This document shows positions 62,912 to 64,000 of a DNA stretch of 64,000 nucleotides, in pieces (position 1 is the stretch's first letter; each line of letters begins with the position of its first letter). The DNA is taken from IMG/VR virus record IMGVR_UViG_3300045988_140928, positions 1 through 64,000 of that record; one strand, written 5' to 3'. The DNA comes from a virus. Under the pieces are notes generated by a model. The model did no database searches. It was not told where the DNA came from and saw nothing but the letters and a program-made list of their open reading frames with translations. The position numbers were made by a program, and so were the translations under genes.

Positions 62912-64000
62912 CAATTATATTAACTACTTATTTCTAAGTAGATTAGACTATATCTTTATCCTACTAGGATATTCCCTATATAGTCGTTAGACCTGTTTTA
63001 ACTTGGTACGGGATTAGCCTGCCTTACTTAAATTATAAGGTTTAGCTTCTCTTATCACCTTATTACGGTAAGCCCGTTTAGGGGATATTTATTTAACAGA
63101 TATTACTATCTGTGACCGCTTAAATGCTTAGTTAAAATTGATTTTATTTGTTTCTTAGTCGTAATAGTATATGGAATACGAATTAAAGTAATATCATTAT
63201 TTTTACAATAGGTGTCCTTAAGATAATCTCGATATACTAAACTTTTATAATTATCTATACCACCCCAAAAACTAATAGGCTTATAATGTTGTTCTCCATC
63301 ATATTCAATTGCTATCTTTTTATTAGGAAACCAAAAGTCAAAATGAAGATTATTCTTATACTTTAAATCTGGAATAATATACCCATAAGTAAAATCATTT
63401 CCCTCAGAATAATGGAAATCTTGGGTTAAAGACGATAATATTAATCTTTCACCGTAACTTGATCGTTCATGTAAAGCACAATAAGGGCAACCTGTATGGT
63501 TATATTGAATATCACCATACCTAGCTTCATACACAGTATTGCATACTAAATGCTTAATCTTAATATGTTGGCGATTGCCTTTATACTCATCATCTTTAGT
63601 TAGCACTACATATTCACTACCTAGAATATCTTTAATATTCTCCCTTACCTGAGATAAAGGAGTCCTTTGATTAATTCCAATCTTAGGTGAACGATCTACA
63701 TAGGAACATTTTAGGCATCCATGACCCCTCAAAAAATCAGCAGGACGTGTCATATAAATATTACCACATCTATTATGCTTAACTTTTACTAAAGTATCTG
63801 AATTTTTATATATAGATAATACGATATACTCATTACCCCACTGTTTCTTAACTCTACTTAAAAATTCGCTATTAGTCATAGTTCTTAATTTAACTCTGTG
63901 TTCCTTAGCACATTCAGGACAACGCTGACCATTCAAAAAGCTATTAGGATTCATCATAAAATGATGATTGCATTTAAGATGAATAAACTCTACCTTAGTT
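62912..64000 (-). mobile_element. group I intron (3' part) carrying an HE-like ORF, inserted in the terminase gene
   Basis: The core lies downstream of the ORF: CUAAACGGG (P3/P4 region), P7 GACUAUA/UAUAGUC, P8 AUCCU/AGGAU, S element AAGAUAUAGUC (62946..62956), P9 CUACUU/AAGUAG, terminal G at 62912. Confidence 0.8.
63106..64000 (-). CDS. intron-encoded HE-like protein (Zn-ribbon modules + Vsr/DUF559-like nuclease), 5'-truncated by the window edge
   Basis: The frame stays open to position 64000 (..LKVEFIHLKCNHHFMMNPNSFLNGQRCPEC). Core HFDFWFPNKKIAIEYDGEQHY..RDYLKDTYC..ITLIRIPY. Confidence 0.7.
   Translation of the reverse strand, partial: TKVEFIHLKCNHHFMMNPNSFLNGQRCPECAKEHRVKLRTMTNSEFLSRVKKQWGNEYIVLSIYKNSDTLVKVKHNRCGNIYMTRPADFLRGHGCLKCSYVDRSPKIGINQRTPLSQVRENIKDILGSEYVVLTKDDEYKGNRQHIKIKHLVCNTVYEARYGDIQYNHTGCPYCALHERSSYGERLILSSLTQDFHYSEGNDFTYGYIIPDLKYKNNLHFDFWFPNKKIAIEYDGEQHYKPISFWGGIDNYKSLVYRDYLKDTYCKNNDITLIRIPYTITTKKQIKSILTKHLSGHR

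Noticed and set aside
1-64000. Signs of lysogeny or an integrated prophage border (integrase, repressor, att sites), plus rRNA and CRISPR arrays.
   Set aside because: None was seen. The window has a uniform single-strand late-gene organisation typical of a virulent phage.

Overview
This window is a contiguous piece of a large, AT-rich tailed-phage genome with a contractile tail and an SPO1/Herelleviridae-like late-gene layout, probably from a low-GC Firmicute. Every credible gene is on the minus strand, so transcription runs from 64000 down to 1.

Gene order, from high to low coordinates:
- a group I intron carrying a homing-endonuclease (HE)-like ORF, followed by the 3' exon of the terminase large subunit
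- portal
- prohead protease, which has an in-frame TGA and no canonical start codon
- an acidic scaffold-like protein
- major capsid protein
- an HE-like/Mom-like fusion ORF
- an accessory block of small proteins plus a kinase-phosphatase-ligase RNA-repair-type protein
- neck/connector genes interrupted by another HE-like gene
- tail sheath
- an HE-like gene flanked by a duplicated sheath 3' end
- a tail-assembly-chaperone pair with a putative +1 frameshift
- two tandem paralogous tape-measure proteins with different muralytic domains
- tail lysin
- an accessory island of about 11 kb
- a giant spike/fibre protein
- baseplate genes
- a 1503-aa tail protein
- holin-like genes

The accessory island holds a TPM/Gly-rich/LemA module, a CBM-like protein, genes driven by early-type promoters, a candidate sRNA and HE-like genes. 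It also holds a 144-aa tube-like gene split by two ORF-less group I introns, and a second HE/Mom-like fusion.

Seven paralogues of a multi-Zn-ribbon + Vsr-like nuclease family are scattered through the window. I found no tRNA, rRNA, CRISPR array or integrase.

All functional calls come from recognising motifs by eye and from gene order. No database search or RNA folding was possible. Splice sites, start codons and promoter/terminator coordinates are inferred.
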